Below are positions 1 through 9,108 of a stretch of DNA of 47,187 nucleotides, one piece after another. The stretch is taken from positions 1-47,187 of the forward strand of contig NZ_CALFSA010000016.1 of the NCBI RefSeq assembly GCF_937919355.1, read 5' to 3'. This DNA is from an uncultured Methanofollis sp. (GTDB taxonomy: Archaea; Halobacteriota; Methanomicrobia; Methanomicrobiales; Methanofollaceae). The notes beneath the pieces were generated by a model. It did not search any database. It worked only from the letters and a program-made list of their open reading frames with translations, and was not told where the DNA came from. A program made the translations under genes and the position numbers. Positions within the stretch are counted from its first letter, which is position 1. Each line of letters opens with the position of its first letter.

Positions 1-60
1 TGCGCCTCCGGCCGGATCCTCGGGAACTTCCTGGAGGGCGTGGTCGAGGAGAGCACCTGA
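1..60 (+). CDS. 3' end of a CDS truncated by the window edge; possibly class I glutamine amidotransferase (GuaAA/TrpG-like)
   Basis: Frame 1 reads CASGRILGNFLEGVVEEST*; G-x-I-L-x-N-F-L resembles GATase I C-termini. Only 19 codons are visible. Confidence 0.35.
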   Translation, partial: CASGRILGNFLEGVVEEST

Positions 61-178
61 CCCCGGCCAGACCCATGCGCTCCCTGTCCATGCAGGGAGA
101 TATAATCACTGCATTTTTCGGGCAAAACCTGATTTTGCCTAAAAATATATGAAATTCTCCACTTTACGCTATAATTTA

Positions 179-1594
179 ATGACATCGGTAATCACTGACC
201 CCCTCCACCAGAAACTCCTCCTCGGGGCGGTCGCTCTCGGGACAGTTATGGACGGACTCGACGGTTCGATCGTGAACGTCGCCCTCCCCACAATCGCCGC
301 AGACTTCAATACCGATGTAGGGACGATCGCGTGGGTCATCATCACCTATCTTCTCATGATGGCAGGTCTCCTCGTCGTCTTCGGGAAGATAGCAGACCGC
401 GGTCTCATGAAAAAGATCTTCATCGGTGGATTGGTCGTATTCACCCTTGCATCCGCCGCCTGCGGCGTTTCCCCCGCCCTCAACGCCCTCTTTGCCTCGC
501 GGATCGTCCAGGGGATAGGCGCCGCCATGATCGCCGCCGTTGCGCCGCTCCTCTGTGTCAGGTGCCTCCCACCGCGGATGCTCGGCATCGCTCTTGGCGT
601 CCTCACCGCCACGAACTCGATCGGCTTTGCCGCAGGGCCTGCTATCGGAGGGATTCTCACCCACTACCTCTCCTGGCACTGGATCTTCCTGATCAACATC
701 CCGATCGGGATCATCGGCATCCTCTTCGCCTGCAGGGTCATCCCGGCAGACCGTCCTGGAGAGAACAGGACGCAGTTCGACTTCGCCGGAGCCACGCTGC
801 TCTTCGGGACGATGGTCTCCGGCATCTTCGCGCTGGAGGAAGTCGCGGCCCTCGGCATAAACGACCCGCTGATCCTCGCCTCCGCAGCACTCTGCGTCCT
901 CTTTGCGTCGCTCTTCATCCTCAGGGAACTGAAGACGCCAGCGCCCCTCATCAACATCCGCGTCTTCGGCAGGTGGCAGTTCTCATCCGTCCTGACCGCG
1001 TTTCTGCTTATCAATGTCGTATATATGGGGGTGCTGTACCTCCTGCCCTTCTATCTCTCCGCAGAAATGGAGTTCAGCATGGCGACGAGCGGCATGTACC
1101 TCCTGATCCCCCCGTTCATCACCGCCCTCCTCGGCATCCCCTTCGGCAGGTTGTCTGACAGGTACGGTCGCAGGTGGTTTGTTGTCGCCGCGTGCCTGCT
1201 GATTATTGTTTTTAACTGTATATTCAGCACATTTGTCCCGGAAGCAGGGGTTGTCCCTCTGCTCATCGCCCTTGTCCTGATGGGCGCCGCCTTCGGGATT
1301 GTCGGCGGGCCTGCTTCGAGCAGGATCATTGAAAACGCTCCCGACGGCGAGGAGGGGACCGGGTCCTCGCTCATGATCACCACCATCTACCTTGGCAGCG
1401 TCCTCGGGACTGCCCTGTATGCGACGCTCTTCACCTTCGCAACCGCCGCCGGCGGTTCTGTGGCGTTCACCGACCTTGACTCCGCAACCTTCCTTTCCGG
1501 GTTCCATCTCACGATCTGTATCGGGATCATCCTCTCGGTACTCTCGCTGGTGCTCTCCGCAGTCGTCAGAGACGAGAGCAGGCATACGGCGTGA
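179..1594 (+). CDS. MFS drug:H+ antiporter, DHA2 (EmrB/QacA) family
   Basis: About 14 hydrophobic segments; LDGSIVNVALPTI, motif A (GKIADRG, GRLSDRYGRR), GPAIGG, WHWIFLINIPIG. ATG at 179 preferred over 149. Confidence 0.9.
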   Translation: MTSVITDPLHQKLLLGAVALGTVMDGLDGSIVNVALPTIAADFNTDVGTIAWVIITYLLMMAGLLVVFGKIADRGLMKKIFIGGLVVFTLASAACGVSPALNALFASRIVQGIGAAMIAAVAPLLCVRCLPPRMLGIALGVLTATNSIGFAAGPAIGGILTHYLSWHWIFLINIPIGIIGILFACRVIPADRPGENRTQFDFAGATLLFGTMVSGIFALEEVAALGINDPLILASAALCVLFASLFILRELKTPAPLINIRVFGRWQFSSVLTAFLLINVVYMGVLYLLPFYLSAEMEFSMATSGMYLLIPPFITALLGIPFGRLSDRYGRRWFVVAACLLIIVFNCIFSTFVPEAGVVPLLIALVLMGAAFGIVGGPASSRIIENAPDGEEGTGSSLMITTIYLGSVLGTALYATLFTFATAAGGSVAFTDLDSATFLSGFHLTICIGIILSVLSLVLSAVVRDESRHTA

Positions 1595-1669
1595 ACTCTT
1601 GCCTGCCATCGGGATAAGCGGAGGTATGGAAATTCCGCCTCAGGATCTCGTGTTCGCCCTTTCCCGACT

Positions 1670-1870
1670 CCCCGGTACAGGATAGGCAGGGGGAGAGTAG
1701 TCCTCTCCTCAGGTCCCCTGTTCTGTCTTCCCTGCTCCTATCCTGATTCGGGGGTCTGGGGGCAACGAGAAGACGAAGTCTTCGAGCAGTCCCCCAGTCT
1801 AGATTATGGGGAAGGCGTTGGATCGGCGCTCTCCATCGGGGGCCCCCGGACCCCCTATATTAGGATAGAG
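1670..1870. repeat. Intergenic REP-like palindromic element, copy 1
   Basis: Inverted repeat CAGGATAGG (1678-1686)/CCTATCCTG (1737-1745); CTGGGGG...CCCCCAG stem enclosing GAAGAC-GAA-GTCTTC (1769-1783); GCTCCTATCCTGATT (1734-1748) is identical to 47059-47073. Confidence 0.7.
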
Positions 1871-2044
1871 GAGGATTACTTTCTCCCTCCTCTGGAGAGA
1901 CTCTGGAAGTAAGAATGGAAGTGGAAATCCCTCTTTTCATCTGGAGGCGAGATTAAATCGGGAATGAGATCTCCCCATGTTCTTTTCTCCAAAAAAAGAT
2001 ACTTTCACCAGAGACTCATTGGTCGGACGTCTCCCTAACTCCTC

Positions 2045-3412
2045 TCAGTTTCTCCCTCGCAGTATCCCTGTCAATGCCGTCTCCTTCCACAGGAATGACG
2101 TGAGGAAGGCGGCGAACTCCTCGTCCCAGCACGCCGTCCCTTCGAGCACCTGCCACTCGTCGTCCATCGCCTTCTTGACGTGCTTGCCGAGACCCACGCC
2201 GAGCACCTCGGGCGACCGCAGGAGGTCGGCGGCCCGCGTGTACTTCCGGGCGATCTCGACGACATAACGACCGTCTTCGATGTACGGCCCGGCAAACCTC
2301 TCCTCTTCACGCCACTTTGCGGCGAACTTCGCCGCGTTCTCGCGGCTCCAGACAGGCGGGCCGAAGTGCCGCACGACCCCCGGCATCTCGTCGCAGAAGA
2401 GTTCGAAGACGAGGATGCACCTCTTCTCCCCCATCGCCTCCTCGGCCCTGTTCACCACAAAGCCCGAGCGTTCGAGGAGGGCGCGGATACCGTCCAGGCT
2501 CCGGCGGAGTTGCGGGACGACGACGTCCGGGATGAAGGGCGGCGTCGCGAAGGAGACCGCACAGATCTTCGTCCCCCGCCGTGCGAGTTCCGCGGCAAAG
2601 CCCTCCCTGTCGAGCGCCTTGCGGTGGGGCGGGAAGAAGAACGACTCCGCCGGCCTCTCCAGGTACCCCCGGCAGAGTTCGACGAAAGAGAACATCTGGG
2701 AGATCGAGACAGACGCCGCCACATTCCTCTTCGGGTCCACCGGGTCGACGACGATCATCGGTTCCGTGAACTCGCGCAGGGCGTGGTGCTCGATATCGAT
2801 GAAGAGGCCCGGTTTCCACCGCGCCGCCGCCGTCACAAGGGGCGTGAAACCGCCGAAGTGCAGGACAAGAAGTTCGCAGAGATAACCCGCGAAGCCCTCT
2901 GTCATCTGGTCAGAGCCATAGACCCCGCCCGCCTTTGCGAACTGTTTCAGCAGGAGGACGTCGTCGACGAACGGCCTGATCCTCTCCCTGATATACCGGG
3001 TGTGGAAGGGCGTCCTGTCCACCGCGCTCCTGATCTCGGCCCCGCTCGCCACCTTATAACAGGGGACCAGGTCGACGTCGAGGCCACGGATTGTTGCGTT
3101 GATGTACGGGTGCTCGGCGTACTTCTCCCGCCAGCTCTCACCGAACTTTTTTGCGACGTCCCGTGCCAGCGCAAGCCCCTCCTCCTCCAGGTATTCCCGC
3201 GGTAGCGCCGGGTCGTGGAGCATGAAGATGTCGAGGTCGCGGTCGCCCCGCACCCAGGTGCCCCGCGCCACCGACCCGACGAGCATAGCCTCAGCCCTCC
3301 CCGAGCGGTTGACTGCGTCGATGATCTCCTCCGCGACGCCGAGGATCTCCTCCTCCTCTCCCGGCCCTGGCCTGATCCGGGAGAGCACCCTCTCCTCGAT
3401 CTCACTCCTCAC
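2045..3412 (-). CDS. cca: CCA-adding tRNA nucleotidyltransferase, archaeal class I
   Basis: GSVARGTWVRGDRDLDIF signature, YAEHPY, DVDLVPCY, SAVDRTPFH, GFAGYLCELL, DPVDPKRNVA. Confidence 0.95.
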   Translation of the reverse strand: MRSEIEERVLSRIRPGPGEEEEILGVAEEIIDAVNRSGRAEAMLVGSVARGTWVRGDRDLDIFMLHDPALPREYLEEEGLALARDVAKKFGESWREKYAEHPYINATIRGLDVDLVPCYKVASGAEIRSAVDRTPFHTRYIRERIRPFVDDVLLLKQFAKAGGVYGSDQMTEGFAGYLCELLVLHFGGFTPLVTAAARWKPGLFIDIEHHALREFTEPMIVVDPVDPKRNVAASVSISQMFSFVELCRGYLERPAESFFFPPHRKALDREGFAAELARRGTKICAVSFATPPFIPDVVVPQLRRSLDGIRALLERSGFVVNRAEEAMGEKRCILVFELFCDEMPGVVRHFGPPVWSRENAAKFAAKWREEERFAGPYIEDGRYVVEIARKYTRAADLLRSPEVLGVGLGKHVKKAMDDEWQVLEGTACWDEEFAAFLTSFLWKETALTGILRGRN

Positions 3413-3950
3413 CGAGAGGCACCTCCAGCAGTGTCTCGTAGACCGGGCCTTTCGGAGTCAGGGTCGATTTTTTCAGGGTGATACGGTCGATCGTACAGGT
3501 GCCCGTCCCTTTTTCGGCAAGGTCCCGGACCACCTCAAGCAGGGACGGGTCGAACTCCTTTACCCGCGCCAGGGTGACGTGCGGCGTGAAGGCTCTCTTC
3601 TCCCGCGGGAAACCGAGAGGCCCGAGGGCCTTCTCGACCCTGTCGGCAAGACGCACGGTCTCTCCCCCGTCGTCCACCGCGCACCAGACGACCCGCGGCC
3701 GCCTGGGGTTGTTCCCGCCGACGCCACCGACTGTCAGGGCATATGCTCTCCCCTTCACCCTGCGCAGGGCGTCCTTCACGGCTCCGATCCGCTCCTCCTC
3801 CACCTCGCCGAGGAACTTGAGCGTGATGTGCGCCAGCGCCGGGTCCACCAGGCTCAACCTGGCCGTGCTCATGCGGAGCCGGTCCTGCGCGGCGCGCAGG
3901 CCCTCCCTGACCTCGTCGGAGAGTTCGATCGCGACAAAAGCCCGCACCAT
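3402..3950 (-). CDS. thpR: RNA 2',3'-cyclic phosphodiesterase (2H family, 2'-5' RNA ligase-like)
   Basis: MVRAFVAIEL start; two HxT motifs (HITLKFLGE, FTPHVTLAR); STLTPKGPVY; overlaps the cca start. Confidence 0.92.
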   Translation of the reverse strand: MVRAFVAIELSDEVREGLRAAQDRLRMSTARLSLVDPALAHITLKFLGEVEEERIGAVKDALRRVKGRAYALTVGGVGGNNPRRPRVVWCAVDDGGETVRLADRVEKALGPLGFPREKRAFTPHVTLARVKEFDPSLLEVVRDLAEKGTGTCTIDRITLKKSTLTPKGPVYETLLEVPLGEE

Positions 3951-4125
3951 AGTATCTCCACTATATCGCAACCATGCTACAAAGCACCATCGCACAAATC
4001 ATAACCTTGATTCCCTCTGACAGTGAAGGTCTTTCCATCCTGTGGGATCAATCCATATGGGATCGTCCCGATACTATACGGGCTGAACCGATCGCCTGAA
4101 CCAGGATCGTGGGAGTAGTGTTTTC

Positions 4126-4398
4126 ATGGCTGATTATCCACAACTCATCGTATATACTCTTGAATGCTGTCCGCACTGCGAACTCCTGAAGGACTATCTC
4201 ACGGCACGGGGCTATCCCTTTGTCGAGGAGGACATGTCCTCGGCCGAGTCCCTCACCGAACTCCGGGTGAACGGTGTCTTTGTGAGCGAAGCGCCTGTCC
4301 TGCAGCGCGGCGAAGACGATTTTTACACCTCTTCAGACCTCTTCGAGAAGGGTCTGCTGCGTGAGGACGTCGTCGACCGGATTGCCTCGGGTGAGTGA
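4126..4398 (+). CDS. nrdH: Glutaredoxin-like NrdH-type redoxin
   Basis: 90 aa, YTLECCPHC (CPHC), APV cis-Pro motif; overlaps the nrdD start (GTGA). Confidence 0.8.
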   Translation: MADYPQLIVYTLECCPHCELLKDYLTARGYPFVEEDMSSAESLTELRVNGVFVSEAPVLQRGEDDFYTSSDLFEKGLLREDVVDRIASGE

Positions 4399-7300
4399 CG
4401 GTGGAGACACAGAAGAGGCAGGGCCCCGGCACGTCCGGAAAGGGCAACCCCGGATCTTCGCCGTCCCGCCAGGCAACCCTTGACGGCGTCTTCCTCCCCC
4501 CTCTCCCCAAGGTCAGGTCGTCTGAGGGCCACATATTCGAGTGGGACAGGTCGAAGATCATCGCCCAGATCGAGAAGGAGACGAAACTTGTCGAGAACTT
4601 CTACGGCTATGCCGGGGCGACGCCCGAGCAGGCTGCGGAGATCGCAAAGGAGGTCGAGGAGAGGATCAGGAAACTGGGCCTCCGCTCCCTCTCCGGCCCC
4701 CTGATCCGCGAGATCGTGAATATGACCTTCCTGGAGAAGGGGATGGTCCAGTACAGGAACGTCTGCACCCGCGTCGGCACCCCGGTCTTCGACGCCCACC
4801 TCATCGACGTCGGCCGCGGTTTCGAGGCCCACGACAACGCCAACCTCCAGGAGAATGCCGAGACCTCGCACAAGAAGAAGGCCGACAAGATCTCGAAGGA
4901 GCAGTACCTCCTCCAGCTCCCCCCGGAACTCGCCGACCGCCACCTGGCGGGCGACCTCCATATCCACGACCTCGAATACTTTGGATCGCGGCCGTTTTGT
5001 CAAGATTGGGACCTCCGGTACTTCTTCTACTACGGGCTGATGCCCGACGGCAACGGCACGAAGGCATCGGTCGCCGGTCCGGCGAAACGCGCCGAGGTCG
5101 CCGTCCTCCACGCGGTCAAGGCCCTCGGGAGTGCGCAGACGAACTTTGCCGGTGGCCAGGGCTACTACAACTTCCTCACCTTCATGTCCCCGTACTTCGA
5201 GGGCATGGAGTACGACGAGATGAAGCAGTTGATGCAGATGTTCGTCTACGAGATGACCCAGATGATGGTCGCCCGCGGCGGACAACTCGTCTTCTCCTCG
5301 GTACAGCTCTCGCCGGGCGTCCCGACCCTCTGGCGGGACAAGCCCTGCGTGTACAAGGGGAAGGTCTGGGACGGCACCCAGGCCCCTCTCCGGACCTACG
5401 GCGAGTTCGAGCGCGAGGTCCGCCTCCTCTTCAAGGCCCTGATAGAGGTGATGCTCGAGGGCGACTACTGGGGCAAACCCTTCTCCTTCCCGAAGCCCGA
5501 GATCTCCATCGAGCCCGACTTCATGGAGGAGGACAAGGAGTTCAACAGGCAACACCCCGACCTGCCGACGTACCGCGACCTCTACCTGCTCACCTTTGAA
5601 CTCGCCTCCAAGTTCGGGACGCCCTACTACGACAACCAGTTGCCGCCGTACCGCGGGGCCGGGAAGGGGATCTCGTGCTACCAGTGCCTCCCTGGCGACG
5701 AACTCGTCCCGGTCGTCGACACAGAGGGCCGGATGCGGGTGCGTCGTCTCGACGACCTCTTCGCTCTTGCGCGGAAGAACGGCAGGCAGGTCGACCACAC
5801 GGGCACCGAGTTTGCACCCCTCCCCTGGAAGGCGCCCTCGGTGGACTTCACCACCCTTGAGGCCTCGCCCCGCGAGTTCCTGGGTGTGATGAGGAAGAGG
5901 TACACGGGGAAGGTCCTCTCCATCGTCCTCGAATCAGGTCGGCGTCTGCGGGTGACCCCCGACCACCCGGTCTATCTCCTGAAGGACGGTCGGTATATCA
6001 GGGGAAGGGCAGGCGACCTTGCCGCCGGCGACCATCTCCCTGTGCTGACCACTCTCCCCGGTGACATTCCCGATGTCGCCACGGTCGACCTTGCCTCCCT
6101 CTTTGCCGGTACAGAAGGCGTTGTGGTGAAGGACGGATCGGTCAGGATCGCCCATGCAAAGCGTCCCATTCTCCCCCAGCTCCTGCCGGTGACCCCGGCC
6201 CTCGCCCGGTTCCTGGGCTATTACCTTGCCAGAGGGCGCAGCGACCATACAGACAGGCGTTATATTGTCAGGTTATCCTTCGAGAGGAAGGAGGAATCCC
6301 GGATCGCAGACGCTGTCTCCTCTATCAGGGAGATCGGCTTTGAGCCGCGGCTCTCAGACGGAGAGACCATAACAGACGTCGTCGTCAGCAGCAAACTCCT
6401 CTACCTCCTGATGGAGGCGCTTGGGTGCGGGAAGAATACACAGGACAGGTCCGTCCCTGACCTCGCATTCAACCTCCCGTCCGCCCTTGTCGGTGAGTAC
6501 CTTGGTGCGGCATGTGCCGGTGACGACATTGGGAACATCTGCACCGTCGGGTCCAGAAAGATATTCCTCTCACCAGGTGCGGCCCGGCGCCTCGTCCTCC
6601 TCGCCACGCGGCTCGGCGTCCAGATGAACTATGGCGAGAGTACCGGGACCGCAAAGAACTCGCAGACCGGCGAGGTCAATTCCTTCACCGCCTACACCTG
6701 TCAGATCCCCTCACAGGACCAGGCCAAGAGATTTGCGGCTGCGACCGCCTTTTCATCTCAGTACGGGACAGAGGGCGGCTCTGCCAGCGTCAGCACCGCC
6801 CTCCTCCAGAAACCCTCAAGCACTGCCGCCGCTGTCTGCCCTCTCAGGGTGGGGAAGATCACCGCCGAGGACTACGACGGCTATGTCTATGACCTCGTCG
6901 AGGTCGAGGGGACTCATTCGTTCGCGAGCGTCCTCGGCATCGTCACCGGCAACTGCTGCGCCTACCAGTTCTCTTCCACCATCGAGAAGGACGCCTCCTT
7001 CGAGGACAAACTCTATTTCAGGGATTCAAAGCACTTCTCGATGGGCTCCTGGCAGGTCGTCTCGGTCAACTGCCCGCGGGCCGCTTTCAAGGCTGAAGGC
7101 AACGACGAGCGCCTTTTCGCCGAACTGAGGGCCCTGATGGACGTCGCCGCCGAGGTCTTCACGATCAAGAGACGGTGGATGGAGACGATCCGGACGAACG
7201 GCCGGATGCCCTTTGCGATGCAGAGGCCGAAAGACCCGAACACCGGCGAGAGGGGTGCGGTGGCCGTCGACCTGGACAGTCTTGTCTACACCATCGGCGT

Positions 7301-7880
7301 CGTCGGTGTGAACGAGATGGTCCAGCACCACACGGGCCAGCAGATCCACGAGAGCAAGAGGGCATTCAAACTCGCCGTCCGTGCGATGACGGAGATGGAA
7401 CTCCATGCCCGCGAGATCTCGGAGAAGACCGGGATGACCATCGCCCTCGCCCGGACGCCTGCGGAGACGACGGGCCAGCGCTTCGCCGTCGCCGACATGC
7501 TCGACGACCGCTTCAGGGATGCGGCCCTGGCTGTGATGCAGGGCGACGTCGAGACGGCCGTCGCAGAGTGCGGGAACACCCGCGACCTTCCGGTCTATTA
7601 CACGAACGGCACCCATGTTGCACCGGGCGCCGACGTCCCCCTCACAAAGAGGATGGAGATCGAGCACGTCTTCTTCCCGATCGTCGACGGCGGCAACATC
7701 TTCCACATCTGGCTCGGCGAGGCGCGGCCAGACCCCCGCGGCCTCTATGACATGGCAATGAACCTCTGCAAAAAGACGCAGATCGGCTACTTCGCCTTCA
7801 CCCGCGACCTGACCGTCTCCCTGAAGCGCTTCAGGGAGTACCACGGCGAACCGCTGACAAAGGGGAAACTGGGAGCGTGA
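4395..7880 (+). CDS. nrdD: Anaerobic (class III) ribonucleoside-triphosphate reductase, intein-containing precursor (738 aa after splicing)
   Basis: N-terminal ATP cone (VRSSEGHIFEWDRSKI), HLAGDLHIHDL, RPFC, FAGGQG, ARGGQLVFSS, FSFPKP, YTNGTH, GGNIFHIWLGE. Confidence 0.93.
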   Translation: MTVETQKRQGPGTSGKGNPGSSPSRQATLDGVFLPPLPKVRSSEGHIFEWDRSKIIAQIEKETKLVENFYGYAGATPEQAAEIAKEVEERIRKLGLRSLSGPLIREIVNMTFLEKGMVQYRNVCTRVGTPVFDAHLIDVGRGFEAHDNANLQENAETSHKKKADKISKEQYLLQLPPELADRHLAGDLHIHDLEYFGSRPFCQDWDLRYFFYYGLMPDGNGTKASVAGPAKRAEVAVLHAVKALGSAQTNFAGGQGYYNFLTFMSPYFEGMEYDEMKQLMQMFVYEMTQMMVARGGQLVFSSVQLSPGVPTLWRDKPCVYKGKVWDGTQAPLRTYGEFEREVRLLFKALIEVMLEGDYWGKPFSFPKPEISIEPDFMEEDKEFNRQHPDLPTYRDLYLLTFELASKFGTPYYDNQLPPYRGAGKGISCYQCLPGDELVPVVDTEGRMRVRRLDDLFALARKNGRQVDHTGTEFAPLPWKAPSVDFTTLEASPREFLGVMRKRYTGKVLSIVLESGRRLRVTPDHPVYLLKDGRYIRGRAGDLAAGDHLPVLTTLPGDIPDVATVDLASLFAGTEGVVVKDGSVRIAHAKRPILPQLLPVTPALARFLGYYLARGRSDHTDRRYIVRLSFERKEESRIADAVSSIREIGFEPRLSDGETITDVVVSSKLLYLLMEALGCGKNTQDRSVPDLAFNLPSALVGEYLGAACAGDDIGNICTVGSRKIFLSPGAARRLVLLATRLGVQMNYGESTGTAKNSQTGEVNSFTAYTCQIPSQDQAKRFAAATAFSSQYGTEGGSASVSTALLQKPSSTAAAVCPLRVGKITAEDYDGYVYDLVEVEGTHSFASVLGIVTGNCCAYQFSSTIEKDASFEDKLYFRDSKHFSMGSWQVVSVNCPRAAFKAEGNDERLFAELRALMDVAAEVFTIKRRWMETIRTNGRMPFAMQRPKDPNTGERGAVAVDLDSLVYTIGVVGVNEMVQHHTGQQIHESKRAFKLAVRAMTEMELHAREISEKTGMTIALARTPAETTGQRFAVADMLDDRFRDAALAVMQGDVETAVAECGNTRDLPVYYTNGTHVAPGADVPLTKRMEIEHVFFPIVDGGNIFHIWLGEARPDPRGLYDMAMNLCKKTQIGYFAFTRDLTVSLKRFREYHGEPLTKGKLGA
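5685..6953 (+). mobile_element. Intein (423 aa) with degenerate LAGLIDADG endonuclease, inserted in nrdD
   Basis: Block A CLPGDE, block B LRVTPDHPV, block F VYDLVEVEGTHSF, block G GIVTGN|C; removing it restores GISCYQ-CCAYQF. Confidence 0.93.
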
Positions 7881-7882
7881 GG

Positions 7883-8911
7883 ATGAGCGACCGCCGCATT
7901 CTTGCGATCGATGTGGGACGGGGGACGCAGGACGTCCTCCTCTACGACCCCGACCAACCGACCGAGAATTCGGTCAAACTCGTCCTCCCCTCCCCGACGG
8001 TCGTCGTCGGCAACGCCATACGCGAGGCAGCACGCTCCGGCCGTCCCGTCCACCTGGAAGGCAGGTGCATGGGCGGCGGCGGGACCGTCACGGCGGTGCA
8101 GAAGGCCCTTGTTGCTGGCGTCCCTGTCAGCGCCACCCCTGCGGCGGCGCTCACCATCCACGACGACCCCGACCGCGTGCGGGCGCTCGGTGTCGCCATC
8201 ACCGACACGGCGCCGGCAGACGCGGTGACGGTGCGGACTGCCGACTATATGGAGAAAGAACTCCGGTCGGCCCTCTCCCTCTTCGGCGTGCCCTATCCCG
8301 AAAGGATCGCGATCGCCGTGCAGGACCACGGTTTCGCGCCGAAGACCTCCAACCGCGTCCACCGCTTTGCGGTCTTCCTGGACCTTCTGGAGAAGGGGGA
8401 CTGGGACCTCTTCGCCCTCGCCCCGGACCCGCCGCACCCCTCGATGTCCCGGATACAGGCGGTCCTTGAAGGTGCCCCCGGTGCCCTCGTCACCGACACA
8501 GGACCTGTGGCGGCGATCGGCACCCTCCTTGACCCGAGGGTCGCGGAGATGGCGGAGACGGGTGTCACGCTCGTGAACGCCGGCAACGGCCACACCCTCG
8601 CCTTCACCCTGAAGGGCGGCCGTGTCTCTGGCATCTTCGAGCACCACACCTCCTCTCTCGACCCGGAGAAACTGAAACTCTACATCAGGAAACTCCAGGA
8701 CGGCACCCTGACGAACCAGGAGATCTTCGATGACGGCGGGCACGGCGCCGCGGTCAGGGAGGCGACGGGTGCGACACCGGTCGCCGTCACAGGGCCGAAC
8801 AGGAAGCGCCTCCTCCCCGACGCCTATCAGGCGTCGCCCTTCGGCGACATGATGCTCACCGGGTGCTTCGGTCTCCTGGAGGTCTGGAAGAAGAGACGGG
8901 GCGGGATCTGA
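7883..8911 (+). CDS. DUF1786 family protein (actin-like/ASKHA fold)
   Basis: ILAIDVGRGTQD, KLVLPSPT, AVQDHG, VTDTGP, VNAGNGHTL, FEHHT, DDGGHGA, GDMMLTGCFGL. Confidence 0.8.
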   Translation: MSDRRILAIDVGRGTQDVLLYDPDQPTENSVKLVLPSPTVVVGNAIREAARSGRPVHLEGRCMGGGGTVTAVQKALVAGVPVSATPAAALTIHDDPDRVRALGVAITDTAPADAVTVRTADYMEKELRSALSLFGVPYPERIAIAVQDHGFAPKTSNRVHRFAVFLDLLEKGDWDLFALAPDPPHPSMSRIQAVLEGAPGALVTDTGPVAAIGTLLDPRVAEMAETGVTLVNAGNGHTLAFTLKGGRVSGIFEHHTSSLDPEKLKLYIRKLQDGTLTNQEIFDDGGHGAAVREATGATPVAVTGPNRKRLLPDAYQASPFGDMMLTGCFGLLEVWKKRRGGI

Positions 8912-9108
8912 TCCTCCCCCCTCTGCAGAACTCATTCCTCTACTATTTTCCAATTTTTCGTGTTCTTTCCCGGATATCACAACATTTACGGTTATTTTTT
9001 GTTTCTGGAACTTTTGAAATGACATATTCTCAACCATAACATCGAAAACTGTATATTGTGCAATAGGTGAATATCCTATGACTATACGGATTTTTCGAGT
9101 CCCCTCCT

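Noticed and set aside
2045-3950. cca-thpR overlap as a novel RNA repair system
   Set aside because: This adjacency is common in archaea
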